Source of the DNA: Leptolyngbyaceae cyanobacterium
Lineage (GTDB): Bacteria; Cyanobacteriota; Cyanobacteriia; Phormidesmidales; Phormidesmidaceae
Assembly (NCBI GenBank): GCA_050331235.1
Contig: JBHJHA010000035.1
Location: 64,001 to 128,000 of the forward strand
Direction: 5' to 3'
DNA: 64,000 bases
Shown: positions 1-9,862 of the stretch, piece after piece
Layout: every line of letters begins with the position of its first letter
Numbering within the stretch: the first letter of the stretch is position 1
Notes under the pieces: model-generated
What the model was told of the DNA's origin: nothing
The model's database searches: none
Seen by the model: the letters and a program-made list of their open reading frames with translations, nothing else
Translations under genes and position numbers: made by a program

Positions 1-12
1 GCGATTGCCTGC

Positions 13-468
13 TTAGTTGTAGTCACCGGCAACAAAATCGGGCTGGTGGTGGTCAGGAATGGGCCAGTCTTCGTTTTCTCCACCAATCAACACTTGCTCG
101 ATGGAGACATAGTCTTCGCCGAACTGCTTGAGTGCATTCAGTAGGATATCTAGGGCGATCGCGTCAGATGTGCCCAAGTCAAACCAGCAGCGAGCCCAGA
201 GCCCTTCATATTCCACCGTGCTCATATTGTGCATGAGCGACACCAACGTGTCTCCGGACGGCGAATCGTCGTAATGCATATAGCTGATTTCGAGGCCAGT
301 GTCCTGGACTTGCAAATTTTCCGCGTTGAAGCCGCCCAGCTTACCCAAAAAGAACCAGGAGTTGAAGATTTCGTCGACATACTGCTGCTCTAGCTGAGAA
401 GGCACCGTGGAAAACTGGAGCCAAATCCATAGGTTGAAGAAATCACACTCACGAAATTGGATATGCAT
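13..468 (-). CDS. Conserved cyanobacterial protein (DUF3531-like)
   Basis: 151-aa ORF with motifs LGKLGGFNAENLQ and WARCWFDLGTSD; same strand and directly downstream of ispE. Confidence 0.75.
   Translation of the reverse strand: MHIQFRECDFFNLWIWLQFSTVPSQLEQQYVDEIFNSWFFLGKLGGFNAENLQVQDTGLEISYMHYDDSPSGDTLVSLMHNMSTVEYEGLWARCWFDLGTSDAIALDILLNALKQFGEDYVSIEQVLIGGENEDWPIPDHHQPDFVAGDYN
155..162. repeat. HIP1 octamer GCGATCGC (example copy; dozens occur across the window)
   Basis: GCGATCGC at 155-162, 1007-1014, 11293-11300 and many other sites; characteristic of many cyanobacterial genomes. Confidence 0.95.
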
Positions 469-519
469 GGTTCGATGTCACTCCTAAAAACGAGGAAATG
501 GGGCAGGCTGGGGTTTGGG

Positions 520-1464
520 TCAATCGACCAGACGTACACCAGTAGCCGAGAAAGGGGCTACCCAGAGGTCTAAGTCAGCCGGAGAATACTGAGTCCGCAT
601 TTTATCGACGATGGCTTCAGCCGTCGTTAAGCTGTTGGTCAAGGTAAACAATGTCGGGCCCGACCCGGACATTAGCGTCCCCAAGCCGCCGCAGGCCGCT
701 AAAGCGGTTTTGGTCGACTCCACCTCAGGATGGTGGGGCAAGACAACTTTTTCCAGGTCGTTGTGCAAATTTTGAGCAATGGCCGCACCATCGTGTTGAG
801 CGATGGCCGTCATCATCGGACTTGAGTGCAGATGTTCTCGTCGGGTCTGGCCTGCGACGCTGACGTCTAAATACGTCTCCCCATAGGTCGCACGATAGGT
901 TTTATAGGCCCAGGGAGTCGAAACAGAGAGCTGAGGTGATTTGGCCAGCACGGCAAACAGATGATCAAGGCTCTGCAGAGTGTCAATCTGCTCGCCTCGC
1001 CCCGTGGCGATCGCGGTGCCGCCGGCAATACAAAAGGGAATATCGGATCCTAGCTCTGCTCCCAAAAGCTGAAGTTCCGTTTGGGTCAGGCCGAGCCCCC
1101 AGAGCAAATCGAGGCCAACGAGGACTGCCGCTGCATTAGCTGATCCACCGGCGAGCCCTGCGCCAACTGGAATCTGCTTGTCAATAATGATATCGACGCC
1201 GCCCTGGGATTTTGTTTCGGCGGGAAAGCGGTCTTGCAGCAGTTGCGCTGCCCGATAGGCGAGATTAGTCTCATTGTCGGGAACTTGCGGATGGGCGCAC
1301 TGTAGGTGAATCCCGTCGCTATTGGCCCGCCGCACAGTGATGTGATCGGCTAACCCAATGCTTTGCATGACCATCACAAGCTCGTGGTAGCCATCGGGGC
1401 GATCGCCCACCACTTCCAAATACAGGTTGATTTTGGCCGCCGCCGATAGGGAATAGGATTGCAT
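520..1464 (-). CDS. ispE: 4-diphosphocytidyl-2-C-methyl-D-erythritol kinase
   Basis: AKINLYL...DGYHEL N-terminus, GHMP kinase motif IPVGAGLAGGSANAA, LGSDIPF, MSGSGPT. Confidence 0.97.
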   Translation of the reverse strand: MQSYSLSAAAKINLYLEVVGDRPDGYHELVMVMQSIGLADHITVRRANSDGIHLQCAHPQVPDNETNLAYRAAQLLQDRFPAETKSQGGVDIIIDKQIPVGAGLAGGSANAAAVLVGLDLLWGLGLTQTELQLLGAELGSDIPFCIAGGTAIATGRGEQIDTLQSLDHLFAVLAKSPQLSVSTPWAYKTYRATYGETYLDVSVAGQTRREHLHSSPMMTAIAQHDGAAIAQNLHNDLEKVVLPHHPEVESTKTALAACGGLGTLMSGSGPTLFTLTNSLTTAEAIVDKMRTQYSPADLDLWVAPFSATGVRLVD

Positions 1465-1520
1465 GATCGGTTCTCATCACTGACTGTAGAGCATTGCCTG
1501 GCAACGATATTTGCCTAGCG

Positions 1521-2363
1521 TTACGTCGAAGGAGTGTCTCCCTTCTCCAGCATCTTATTACTCAATGCCACCCAATCGGTCACGCCTAAATCTTCTGCTC
1601 GCGCCTTGTGCGGGATGCTGAGCTGCTGGAAGGTGTCTAGCACCTGCGATCGCTCCACCAAGGTCGATAGGTTATTGCGCAGCATCTTTCGCTTGCTGGC
1701 AAAGCCCACTTTGAGCAAGCGCTCTAGCCAGGCTGGATCTTGAGCCAGCCGTTCAAACGGTCGTGGTTGCAGGCGGATGACAGCGGAGTCCACCTTGGGA
1801 GGTGGCTGAAAGGCTTGGGACGGCACCTCACAGATTAGGTCACAGGTGGCAAGATACTGCACGCGAATGGTCAGGCCGCTAACGGTTTTGGTGCCTGGGG
1901 CGGCGCAGAGGCGATCGGCAATTTCCCGCTGCACCAGCAATACAATCGACTCAAACGGGTCTGGATTTGGGGCCGAGAGGGTGCCCAATAGACGTTCTAA
2001 AATCGGGCCGGTGATGTAGTAAGGAATGTTAGCCACGACCTTATGGGGGAACGGCTGCGCCGGTGCCAGTGCCAGCAGTCGGTCCCAACCAGCGGCCAAA
2101 ATGTCGCCTTCGATGAGCTGAAAGTTGGGAGTCGCGGCAAATTGCTGCCTCAATCGCTGACACAAATCTCGATCGACCTCAATTGCCGTGACGTGCTCAG
2201 CCAGCGGCAGTAGGCGCTGGGTCAGAATGCCCGTGCCCGGACCAATTTCAAGAACGCGATCGCCCTCTTGCAGGTTCGCCGCTGCCACAATTTGCGACAG
2301 TATCCGCTCGCTTTTCAGCCAGTGTTGGCCAAAGCGTTTGCGGGGTCTTGCAGAAAAAGTCAT
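1521..2363 (-). CDS. rsmA: 16S rRNA m6(2)A1518/1519 dimethyltransferase (KsgA)
   Basis: RKRFGQHWL, VLEIGPGTG, VVANIPYYIT, FQPPPKVDSAV; start placed at ATG 2363. Confidence 0.97.
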   Translation of the reverse strand: MTFSARPRKRFGQHWLKSERILSQIVAAANLQEGDRVLEIGPGTGILTQRLLPLAEHVTAIEVDRDLCQRLRQQFAATPNFQLIEGDILAAGWDRLLALAPAQPFPHKVVANIPYYITGPILERLLGTLSAPNPDPFESIVLLVQREIADRLCAAPGTKTVSGLTIRVQYLATCDLICEVPSQAFQPPPKVDSAVIRLQPRPFERLAQDPAWLERLLKVGFASKRKMLRNNLSTLVERSQVLDTFQQLSIPHKARAEDLGVTDWVALSNKMLEKGDTPST

Positions 2364-2619
2364 GGGAATTGGCCCTGCCCTCATGGCCCCTGATTTTATC
2401 CTAAGGAGGGTATCCAGAGGGGCCCTGCCCTGCTCTGGACCGCGATGAGTGTCCGCTTAGACTCGGATGGTTGGGCAAGGAGGGTGTCATGTAGTACAAC
2501 CGTTCGCTAAGAAATGTCTCATACGCGACAAGTGTGGTGTGGTGCACAACATTCTTTTAGGAGCTTTGCTAGATTGAATTCCCGGTCTTCGATACCCGCT
2601 TTTGTAGTTATTGTCCGCT

Positions 2620-3636
2620 ATGCAACAGAGCAACTCTCTCGACTTCAAGCTTGTACAGCGGGTGTGTCTACTTCAGCAAGCGTTAGATCAGGCGTTAGCC
2701 TCTTTGGAAGAACTCACTGCTCAGGTAAAGGATAAACATTGGATTGAGACCCAGCTCGCCAGCACAGAAGAATACGCGAACGTGCAACAGCAGGCCATTG
2801 CCCGCTTAAAGCAGCAGCTTGCCCAATTCGCCGATGTGCAAGATCATCTTTTGCGGGTGGTAGGGTTTCAGCTCAATCAGCTGATTGAGCAGCAACAGGT
2901 GACGTTCAGCCAGTTGACGATTCAATTTCAGCAGAGCCATGCTGAGCTTCAGACATATTTGCAATATCTGGGCCAAAATCGCCTAGCTAGTCAGCGACTA
3001 GCGCTTAGCTCAGACGAATATCGCCTGACCCTAGAGGCAGAGATCATGGTGGCGCGGTCAATGGCGGTGCATCTCAGCCAATATCTGGGTTCCGCGAAGA
3101 CCCATCTCGATCATTTAGATGCCGATCTTGATACCCATCATCTCAACTTGGGTCAAATTATTCGCACGATTCAAGCCATGCTTGCCGAGCTGAATACGCT
3201 GGAACGTTCTCCCACTGCGGCCGAGCCAATTGCTTCAGGGGCCGAACTCACGGTGTCTCCGTCCTCAACCGCGATCGCCCCGGCTGAGTCGGAGGCTGAG
3301 GGGGGCCCCAGTGTGGAAGAATTGCAGACGCATGTGCGACGATACCGATGTCGTATTCAAGAATTGCAGGCGGCTTTGCAGAATCAGTTTGAGCAAGATA
3401 CCCAACTGCGCCAACGGTATCAGGCGATCGCCGCTGAGCGCGATTACTATCGCGACGAACTGCAAAAGCTGCAGCAGACACAAGCACTCCCCCCGTCGGT
3501 CAATTCTGGGGAACCGGACGCTGCTGACCTATCGCAGGGCCATAGTCCCAACCCGCTGCGAAGAAGAACGTCGCGCCGTCCCCCCGGCTCCTCTCAGCCC
3601 ATTCAACCTTTACGACTATCTGATGAGGCTAATTAA
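2620..3636 (+). CDS. Coiled-coil-rich hypothetical protein
   Basis: Long Q/L/E/A-rich heptad-like ORF; no catalytic motif recognised; start uncertain (2611 or 2620). Confidence 0.7.
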   Translation: MQQSNSLDFKLVQRVCLLQQALDQALASLEELTAQVKDKHWIETQLASTEEYANVQQQAIARLKQQLAQFADVQDHLLRVVGFQLNQLIEQQQVTFSQLTIQFQQSHAELQTYLQYLGQNRLASQRLALSSDEYRLTLEAEIMVARSMAVHLSQYLGSAKTHLDHLDADLDTHHLNLGQIIRTIQAMLAELNTLERSPTAAEPIASGAELTVSPSSTAIAPAESEAEGGPSVEELQTHVRRYRCRIQELQAALQNQFEQDTQLRQRYQAIAAERDYYRDELQKLQQTQALPPSVNSGEPDAADLSQGHSPNPLRRRTSRRPPGSSQPIQPLRLSDEAN

Positions 3637-5759
3637 GCTGTTTCTACCGTGGCGGTTGGGGGCATCGGGAGCGTTTCCGCTAAGTCAACCAGGGTCAACA
3701 GAGGCCCAGCCTGCTCTTGGCCATTGACAGCGAGATCGCTGTGACAAAGCACGACTTGCTCGGTGGCCCGCCCTAATAAATCCCGCAAAATCCTTTCCAG
3801 CCGAGCTTCATGGCTTTGCTCAATAAAGTCCACAGTCCACGGCTGCCCCTGCCACTGTTGGAGGAAAAGGGGATAGCCAAATAAGGCATCAGTACCAGTT
3901 AGCCACCGGGGTGAGCTGGCATCAAGCCAAAACTGCCAGCGATGACAGAGCCGCTGTGATCGGTATTGAAAGACGGTTGATAGGGTAACGCCCTGTTGGT
4001 CAGGCTCCAGCGGTTTCACCGGAAACGGATTGGCCGTTACGATGCCCTGCAGCAGTAGCTGTAAAAATCGCGCCACTGGGGAACAGCCGGTGGGTAAGCC
4101 TCCATCGATCCACTGCTGCTGCTGGAGTCGGCCCTGCACTTCCCAAAAGTGCTGAGCCGTTTCCATCAGTTCACGAAAGGCGGAGAGTTGGTCGTAGGGC
4201 AAGTAGTTGCCGCGCCACAGAAAGGCCTGAATTGCTCGGTCAATCAAGCTCACGGGGTTGGTGATAATCCGCTGCTGTCGCGCTTGGCGCTGCTGGGCAA
4301 TCCATGCCTTCAGGGCATTGTAGGCATCAACCGCTTGGAAGCCCAACCGATCCCAGCGGGGAAATTCGGTGACGGGCAATAACTCTGGCCGTTGGAGATC
4401 GGGCTGAAAGCAATGGTCAACAATCAGCTCAGCTCGCACTGGATCAATCTTGACTCGGTCAAACCAGGAGCTATCGGCACCCCCCTCTGGAGATTGACTG
4501 AGCACGACCAGCATCTCGGCGACGGCATCAGGATCGAGAAATCGGCCCAAGTCAGGATAGATGAACGGTATCAGCGAAAGCACCGCGCGGATGAGCGGAG
4601 TGCTGACTAAGGGGCGCTGATCATTTAAGGAAACAACGGGAATGCCTTGCTTTTGGAGAATTTCGGCCAGGGTGTAGCGGGCGATCGCATCGAAGCCAGG
4701 ACCAATGACGGCAATTTCCCCCGGTGGCACCTGCCGCTCCTGAATGGCAACGGCGATCGCCTCGGCGGTTTGTCGCAATAGCTCTCCCCGAGACGTCGCT
4801 CGCACGAGCCGAACTGCCTCAAGCGAAGCGGGAACGGCAATGGGATCTAGGGCCATCGTTACCATTGACTCAGCCCAGATCGCCCCTAGGGAATCTGCCG
4901 CCGTGGTCGAAAGGGTTTCGATACTGGCTGCCCTAGCTCGGAGTTGGCCTAAGGCTTCAGGGTCAGCGCCTACGCCCAGACGAACTTTACCAAAGGGATT
5001 CCACGTAACGGCCAGCGGTAGTGTCCAAGCCGCCGCTTGACGGAGCAAATCACCAAACATGGCCGGATATTCATCCAGATCGTCTACTAAAATTCCTGCA
5101 AAGCGCTGGCGAAACTTGGCTTGATAGAGGGGATCGGGCAGCAGGTGTCGCCAGTAGAGTTCGGTGGCGATGCCATAGGTCAAAAATCCTTGGCTGAGGC
5201 ACCAATCGCGCCAGTTGACCACAGCGGTGGCAATAGCAGACCAAACTTCTAGGGGCGCAATGCCGCCAGGCATACCGTCGGCCAACAGTGTTGGTAACGC
5301 TTCTGTGGGGGTGCCGCTGGTGGCGGCCAACTGTAAAAAATCGAGCGATCGCCGGACGAGTTGCGTTTCTGTCCAACCTGGCACCTCAAGACGGCCTGCA
5401 TCCAAATCAGAACGCCAATATTGGGTGGCGAGCTCCTGCTCGTTTTCGGGCCGCAGCTTCATCGGAAACTGGGGACTAAGGCCAATTTTTTGCACCAACA
5501 GCGGCCAAAACAGCGTAACTTCGTTTTGAATGAAGCCGGACGGAGTGGTCGTCGTGACGGGAGTGGTCGCGGGCAACGAGTCTACGAGCCGATCAGCTAA
5601 CCCAAGCCGATTATCCCCGTTGGCGGCAAACAATAAAAAGACTGCTGCCGCAAGCCCCGGGGCGGGAGCGGTCGCCTGTTCCGCGAGATAGCCGAGCAGG
5701 CGTGTCGTCTTGCCGCAGCGGGTGCCGCCTTCGATCCAGGTCAAAGTGTCCATGCTCAT
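3633..5759 (-). CDS. Conserved cyanobacterial P-loop/SF1 (UvrD-like) helicase-fold protein, probably degenerate
   Basis: 708 aa; Walker-A-like IEGGTRCGKT, Walker-B-like ILVDDLDEY, GEIAVIGPG, C-terminal DLLGRATEQVVLCHS. Confidence 0.6.
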   Translation of the reverse strand: MSMDTLTWIEGGTRCGKTTRLLGYLAEQATAPAPGLAAAVFLLFAANGDNRLGLADRLVDSLPATTPVTTTTPSGFIQNEVTLFWPLLVQKIGLSPQFPMKLRPENEQELATQYWRSDLDAGRLEVPGWTETQLVRRSLDFLQLAATSGTPTEALPTLLADGMPGGIAPLEVWSAIATAVVNWRDWCLSQGFLTYGIATELYWRHLLPDPLYQAKFRQRFAGILVDDLDEYPAMFGDLLRQAAAWTLPLAVTWNPFGKVRLGVGADPEALGQLRARAASIETLSTTAADSLGAIWAESMVTMALDPIAVPASLEAVRLVRATSRGELLRQTAEAIAVAIQERQVPPGEIAVIGPGFDAIARYTLAEILQKQGIPVVSLNDQRPLVSTPLIRAVLSLIPFIYPDLGRFLDPDAVAEMLVVLSQSPEGGADSSWFDRVKIDPVRAELIVDHCFQPDLQRPELLPVTEFPRWDRLGFQAVDAYNALKAWIAQQRQARQQRIITNPVSLIDRAIQAFLWRGNYLPYDQLSAFRELMETAQHFWEVQGRLQQQQWIDGGLPTGCSPVARFLQLLLQGIVTANPFPVKPLEPDQQGVTLSTVFQYRSQRLCHRWQFWLDASSPRWLTGTDALFGYPLFLQQWQGQPWTVDFIEQSHEARLERILRDLLGRATEQVVLCHSDLAVNGQEQAGPLLTLVDLAETLPMPPTATVETA

Positions 5760-5826
5760 AGCCCAAGCTTATCGCACTTGACTAAAGCCAAAAGTAGCTT
5801 GGTTGCAGGCCGGGGCCATCGTTGAA

Positions 5827-6273
5827 CTATTTGACGGTGACGGTAATCGGTTCAGAAATCACCGTGGGGTGGTGGGGCACATGCACATAGTTGGCGAGCA
5901 GTAGTTGCAATGTATGCTCTCCGGGCCCGAGGGTCAACGTCGTTTCCGTTTGCCCACCGCCAAAGTGGCGGATATGCTCCGTTGCCGGCAAAGAAGCCTG
6001 GAGATCAGGCAGTTCCTCTAAATCGATCAGGAGATGATGGTGGCCGGTGCCGGATTTATCCACACCGGCAGGAGCAACGCCCATGGCTTTGAGGCCAAAT
6101 TTGACGGCAAACGGACTGGTGACAGTATCCCCGTTTTTCGGTGTAATCAGATAGACTTCAGCCTCTGGTGGTGCGGGGGAACTGTAGTCATCGGCGAGGG
6201 TTGGAGTGGCCCATCCGAAAAAACTCGCCAATACGATAAACAACCCAGTGCCAAACGCGATCGCCCGTTGCAT
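5827..6273 (-). CDS. DUF4399-like secreted protein
   Basis: Signal peptide followed by GVAPAG...TGHHHLLID...HFGGGQTE...PGEHTLQL. Confidence 0.85.
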   Translation of the reverse strand: MQRAIAFGTGLFIVLASFFGWATPTLADDYSSPAPPEAEVYLITPKNGDTVTSPFAVKFGLKAMGVAPAGVDKSGTGHHHLLIDLEELPDLQASLPATEHIRHFGGGQTETTLTLGPGEHTLQLLLANYVHVPHHPTVISEPITVTVK

Positions 6274-6356
6274 GGTGCTTCTCCTAAAAATGTTGCATCT
6301 CTTAACACACTGTACCAGTCCTGCCAGAGTGCTTTCAGTCGGTCAATAGTCCCGTT

Positions 6357-6473
6357 TAATACTATTTCTGTGAGTCACGACGACATATAGATTCTTCAAA
6401 GCCCCTTTTTCAAGGGGGCAGCGACAGCAGGGGATCTTCAAATCTGTAGCGCTCTTACAGAGAATTGGTCTTA
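6357..6473 (+). mobile_element. MITE-like dispersed repeat, copy 1
   Basis: ~117 bp closely similar to the copies at 19500, 39549 and 58872; imperfect terminal inverted repeats TAATACTATTTCTG...CAGAGAATTGGTCTTA; central GCCCC-TTTTTCAA-GGGGGC hairpin. Confidence 0.8.
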
Positions 6474-6491
6474 GTCGCACAATCTGCACTG

Positions 6492-6962
6492 TTAGCGAAT
6501 GGATCCCTTAGCAACCGAGCACGCATACAACTTGACCCCGAGAACCACATCATCGTTGAACTCGACAAACTGTTGCGGTGGCGCATTAACTTTGTGGATG
6601 GCGTAATCACGGTTGTTGTCTTCTGCGACAAATCCAATCTGTACGTAGCACTGGCCACCACCGACCCCCCAGTGGTCATAATCAAAGGTGCCATTCAGGG
6701 GGGGCTCCTCTGGCCAGTTGCCAAATCCTTCGGGCCGAACGCCGGAATTCACATCGGGGGGATATTGAGCATTTTCAACGTGATACATTTGGGCCTCGGT
6801 GACCATCGTGCCCATTGCTTGCTTAACATCGGCGTAGCGAGCCCGGCGCACCATTGAAGCATAGGCCGGGTAGGCAAAGGCGGCCAAGATACTAATGATG
6901 ACAATGACGACCAGCAGCTCAATGAACGTGAAACCTTGCGGGTGCTCAAGGCGCGTTTTCAT
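6492..6962 (-). CDS. Type IV pilin-like protein (prepilin N-terminal cleavage/methylation motif)
   Basis: QG|FTFIELLVVIVIISILAAFAYP class III signal peptide; two C-terminal Cys; start placed at ATG 6962. Confidence 0.9.
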   Translation of the reverse strand: MKTRLEHPQGFTFIELLVVIVIISILAAFAYPAYASMVRRARYADVKQAMGTMVTEAQMYHVENAQYPPDVNSGVRPEGFGNWPEEPPLNGTFDYDHWGVGGGQCYVQIGFVAEDNNRDYAIHKVNAPPQQFVEFNDDVVLGVKLYACSVAKGSIR

Positions 6963-7291
6963 TTTTATGAAGCTCCAATAAGTGACAATAGCGTTTCCTG
7001 GCTGGTTGGGCTCGTGACAACGGTCGGATAGCTTGTTTGTCTGCTTGAATCGCATTTAGACCCCAGAGTCGGTAAATCGTCGATGGATAAACGAAACACC
7101 TCAGCGGTGATGCCCGTTCGTGTTTTTACGGACATTTCGCTATTCCAAAGGCAACTACGCCAGCAGTAGATCTGAAGCAAACTTTGCCAACGCTACATAA
7201 ATGCCGGACTGGGCTTTATATTTTCTTGATGAATCGCTAATGAGCTTTCATCAACAGTACGGATGTCGTCTCGTAATGGTGGGGCTAAGCC

Positions 7292-7852
7292 TTATCTGGT
7301 CTCGCACACAGCTTGATATAGCTGACCGTAGGCGATCACCAAATCATCTAACTGGTAGTGTGCGTTCAGGCCGCTGGGGTTGGGCAGCACCCACAGTTGG
7401 GTATCACCAATGGTTTGGGACTGGTAGCCGATTTGGGCCTGACGCTGGGCAAAGGCCGTACGGTAGGCGGTAATGCCTAGGATGGCCAACCACCGAGGAC
7501 GATGTGTCTCAACCTTGGTGATGAGTTCGGTTTTACCTTGCTCTAGCTCTGGTCGGGCCAGTTCATCGGCGCGGGCGGTAGCCCTAGCCACAATATTGGT
7601 CATGCCGTATCCATACGTCAGCAGAGTCTGGTCTTCTGCAGGGCGCAGGATGCGCTCGGTAAAGCCAGCGTAGTGCAACGTTTTCCAGAGGCGGTTGCCC
7701 GGTCGGGCAAAATGATGGCCGACCGCCGCACTGTAAATGCTGGCGTTGATACCGCAAAACAAGACCTGTAACTCTGGCCCCACGATGTCGGGCACGGTTT
7801 GGTGATAAGCGGCCTGCAAATCCGCTTTACTAGGCTTTTGGGGAAGACTCAT
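7292..7852 (-). CDS. mug: G/U mismatch-specific DNA glycosylase
   Basis: VLFCGINAS, GHHFARPGNRLW, WVLPNPSGLNAHY; start placed at ATG 7852. Confidence 0.92.
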   Translation of the reverse strand: MSLPQKPSKADLQAAYHQTVPDIVGPELQVLFCGINASIYSAAVGHHFARPGNRLWKTLHYAGFTERILRPAEDQTLLTYGYGMTNIVARATARADELARPELEQGKTELITKVETHRPRWLAILGITAYRTAFAQRQAQIGYQSQTIGDTQLWVLPNPSGLNAHYQLDDLVIAYGQLYQAVCETR

Positions 7853-8246
7853 GGCACTGTGAGAACACTGGTTTTGCGGCAAGGAACGATCGCGCTTGAA
7901 AATAACCGGCGCTGAGCGCTCGTACTGAGCCAAAGGGCTTTCAAACATCGGGGAGTTGGGGCTATTGGAATGTCTTCCTCAACCCGCGTGAGGCTGCTGT
8001 CGTCCTCAGTTTTCATGGTGTCGTTGTCACAAGAGGCGCGGCCGACCTTATATTGTGGGGCATCCATTAGGGCTGTGAACTCTGGTCAGGTGGCTGTGAC
8101 CCGAGGGTCGGTTTGAAGTTGCGAGGTCGATAAGGGCATGGCTAGATGCTCGTGATTGCCAACTGGGCACTTGACTTGAGTGTAGTTAGGACCGGTGAGA
8201 GGAGCAGCCTATCCTGGTCCTGAAGTATGAAGCCCACAGCTTGAGG

Positions 8247-9311
8247 CTACAGTCCGGACGATCGCACCCGATAGGGAATTTCCTCGATGGGTAGGTTTTC
8301 GGTATTCCAGTCGCTGTAGTGCAACTGCAAGCGTTGCTCGCCGCGGTAGTCGACCAGGCGACCGCCATACTTATCGGCCTCCGTGCCCAAGCTTTGGATG
8401 CGAATTTTGCCATTGAAGACGGTGGCGCGGGCGAGGTAGATCACCAGATCGTCGCGAGAGGGACGATTAATCGTGGTGCTGGCGGTGAGGTGTGCCAGTC
8501 CCCGTTCGTCCATTTCTTGGGAGACTGCCATCGCCGTATCACGAATGCCCCGCACTGCTACTAAAACAGAGGCGATCGCCATCGTGATATCAACGCCATC
8601 TTCCGTCAAAATTTGATGGTTGGATAGGTAGTGAAAGTTGCGCTCCCGCAGATCATGGCGAATGCGGCGATGAATCAGGTTGTTGGGGTCATAGTGGGTG
8701 AGCGCTCCAACAATCGCCCCACAGGCGGCTCGGGGTTCCCGCCAGGGAGACTCCCGCGTTTTGCCGTAAACCTGTTGACCATTTTCGCGCAGGCGACCCA
8801 CATGGGTTTTGAGATCGATCGCCACCAGCGAAATCGATTGGGAGTTGCCCTCATACACTCGGCGCTTGAGGTTTTCGTCGAGTTCGTGGGCGACGGTGAC
8901 ATGGGCCAAGGTCGCGCCGTTATCGGTGCCACCTCCAGCGGGGAAAAAGGCTTCCAGTTTCAGCTCGCCAATTTCTGACAGGGTGGCAAACCGCGCAGCG
9001 ACGACATCGCGATAGCGTTTGGTGGCCTCACCTTGGTGCACGCGATCGCCGCAGTTGGTATAGGCTAGCGTCGTGACCACGCTGGGCAAACTCATGTCAG
9101 CGCCACAGGCTTTCATATCGGTTTCGCTGGCAGCGGCAAATTGCAGCTCATCTCGCAAAATCTGTAGTCCGTTAATCAGTGCGTAGCGATCGCTGACCAG
9201 TTCATTGAGATAGTTGTGGTAGGCGTTGCGCTCCATGCCAAAGCTGGCACCGAGCTGCCAAAACCGCTGCACTCGCGCCTCTGTGGGTGCAGCATCAAAG
9301 GGCATAGACAT
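8247..9311 (-). CDS. Hypothetical protein with LCIB/LCIC-like beta-carbonic-anhydrase zinc-site pattern
   Basis: Motifs TNCGDR, KTHVG and AACGAI in the order seen in LCIB-family proteins; GGAGA upstream of ATG 9311. Confidence 0.6.
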   Translation of the reverse strand: MSMPFDAAPTEARVQRFWQLGASFGMERNAYHNYLNELVSDRYALINGLQILRDELQFAAASETDMKACGADMSLPSVVTTLAYTNCGDRVHQGEATKRYRDVVAARFATLSEIGELKLEAFFPAGGGTDNGATLAHVTVAHELDENLKRRVYEGNSQSISLVAIDLKTHVGRLRENGQQVYGKTRESPWREPRAACGAIVGALTHYDPNNLIHRRIRHDLRERNFHYLSNHQILTEDGVDITMAIASVLVAVRGIRDTAMAVSQEMDERGLAHLTASTTINRPSRDDLVIYLARATVFNGKIRIQSLGTEADKYGGRLVDYRGEQRLQLHYSDWNTENLPIEEIPYRVRSSGL

Positions 9312-9468
9312 GAGGTCTCCCCCGCCATCGAGCAAATGGTCGCCTTAATCATGCCACTGAAATGAGCCATGTCGCCATGGTGTGACCCGAGTTGGGCGCT
9401 TCCCCACGGAGCTGTAAACCTGGGGGCAGAATAAGCTTGAAACTAGAAAAGTGGGGCGGGCGATCGCA

Positions 9469-9813
9469 TCAGATCTGCAAGCGCCCCGTGGCAAAGAGAC
9501 GATAGCCGAAGGACATGGCGATCATCGCGACGAAAAATTGCCATAGGCTCGTCGGGTTGAGGATAGCGCGGCTGCTGATAAAAATGCAGACGATGCCCCC
9601 CGCAACAAAGACCCAACCGAGTTGCTTCATAAAGCCCAATGGCATAAACACCAGCAGAAAAATGCCAGCACAGAGCAAAAAAATGGAGGCATCGGCGGCG
9701 ATACCCCGCCACCAGTAAGGGCTGACGTTAGTGGTGAAGAAGATGTTTTTGCCCAGAAAATAGATGCCCAACAGCATCAATGCCAGACCGATTAATTGAA
9801 TTAGAAGTCTCAT
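9469..9813 (-). CDS. Small multi-pass membrane protein
   Basis: About four hydrophobic segments; LGKNIFFTT...YWWRGIAAD motif. Confidence 0.75.
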   Translation of the reverse strand: MRLLIQLIGLALMLLGIYFLGKNIFFTTNVSPYWWRGIAADASIFLLCAGIFLLVFMPLGFMKQLGWVFVAGGIVCIFISSRAILNPTSLWQFFVAMIAMSFGYRLFATGRLQI

Positions 9814-9862
9814 TATGATTAAAAACGTGCGCTGAGTGGCTAGAAAATCATGCAAAGTGCCT

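Noticed and set aside
7120..7130. Shared GTGnnTTTACG motif upstream of both pilin-like genes (also 39456-39466)
   Set aside because: Short, at different distances from the starts and seen only twice; chance cannot be excluded
7849..8067. 72-aa ORF overlapping the mug start
   Set aside because: No recognisable motif or family-like composition; not supportable as a gene
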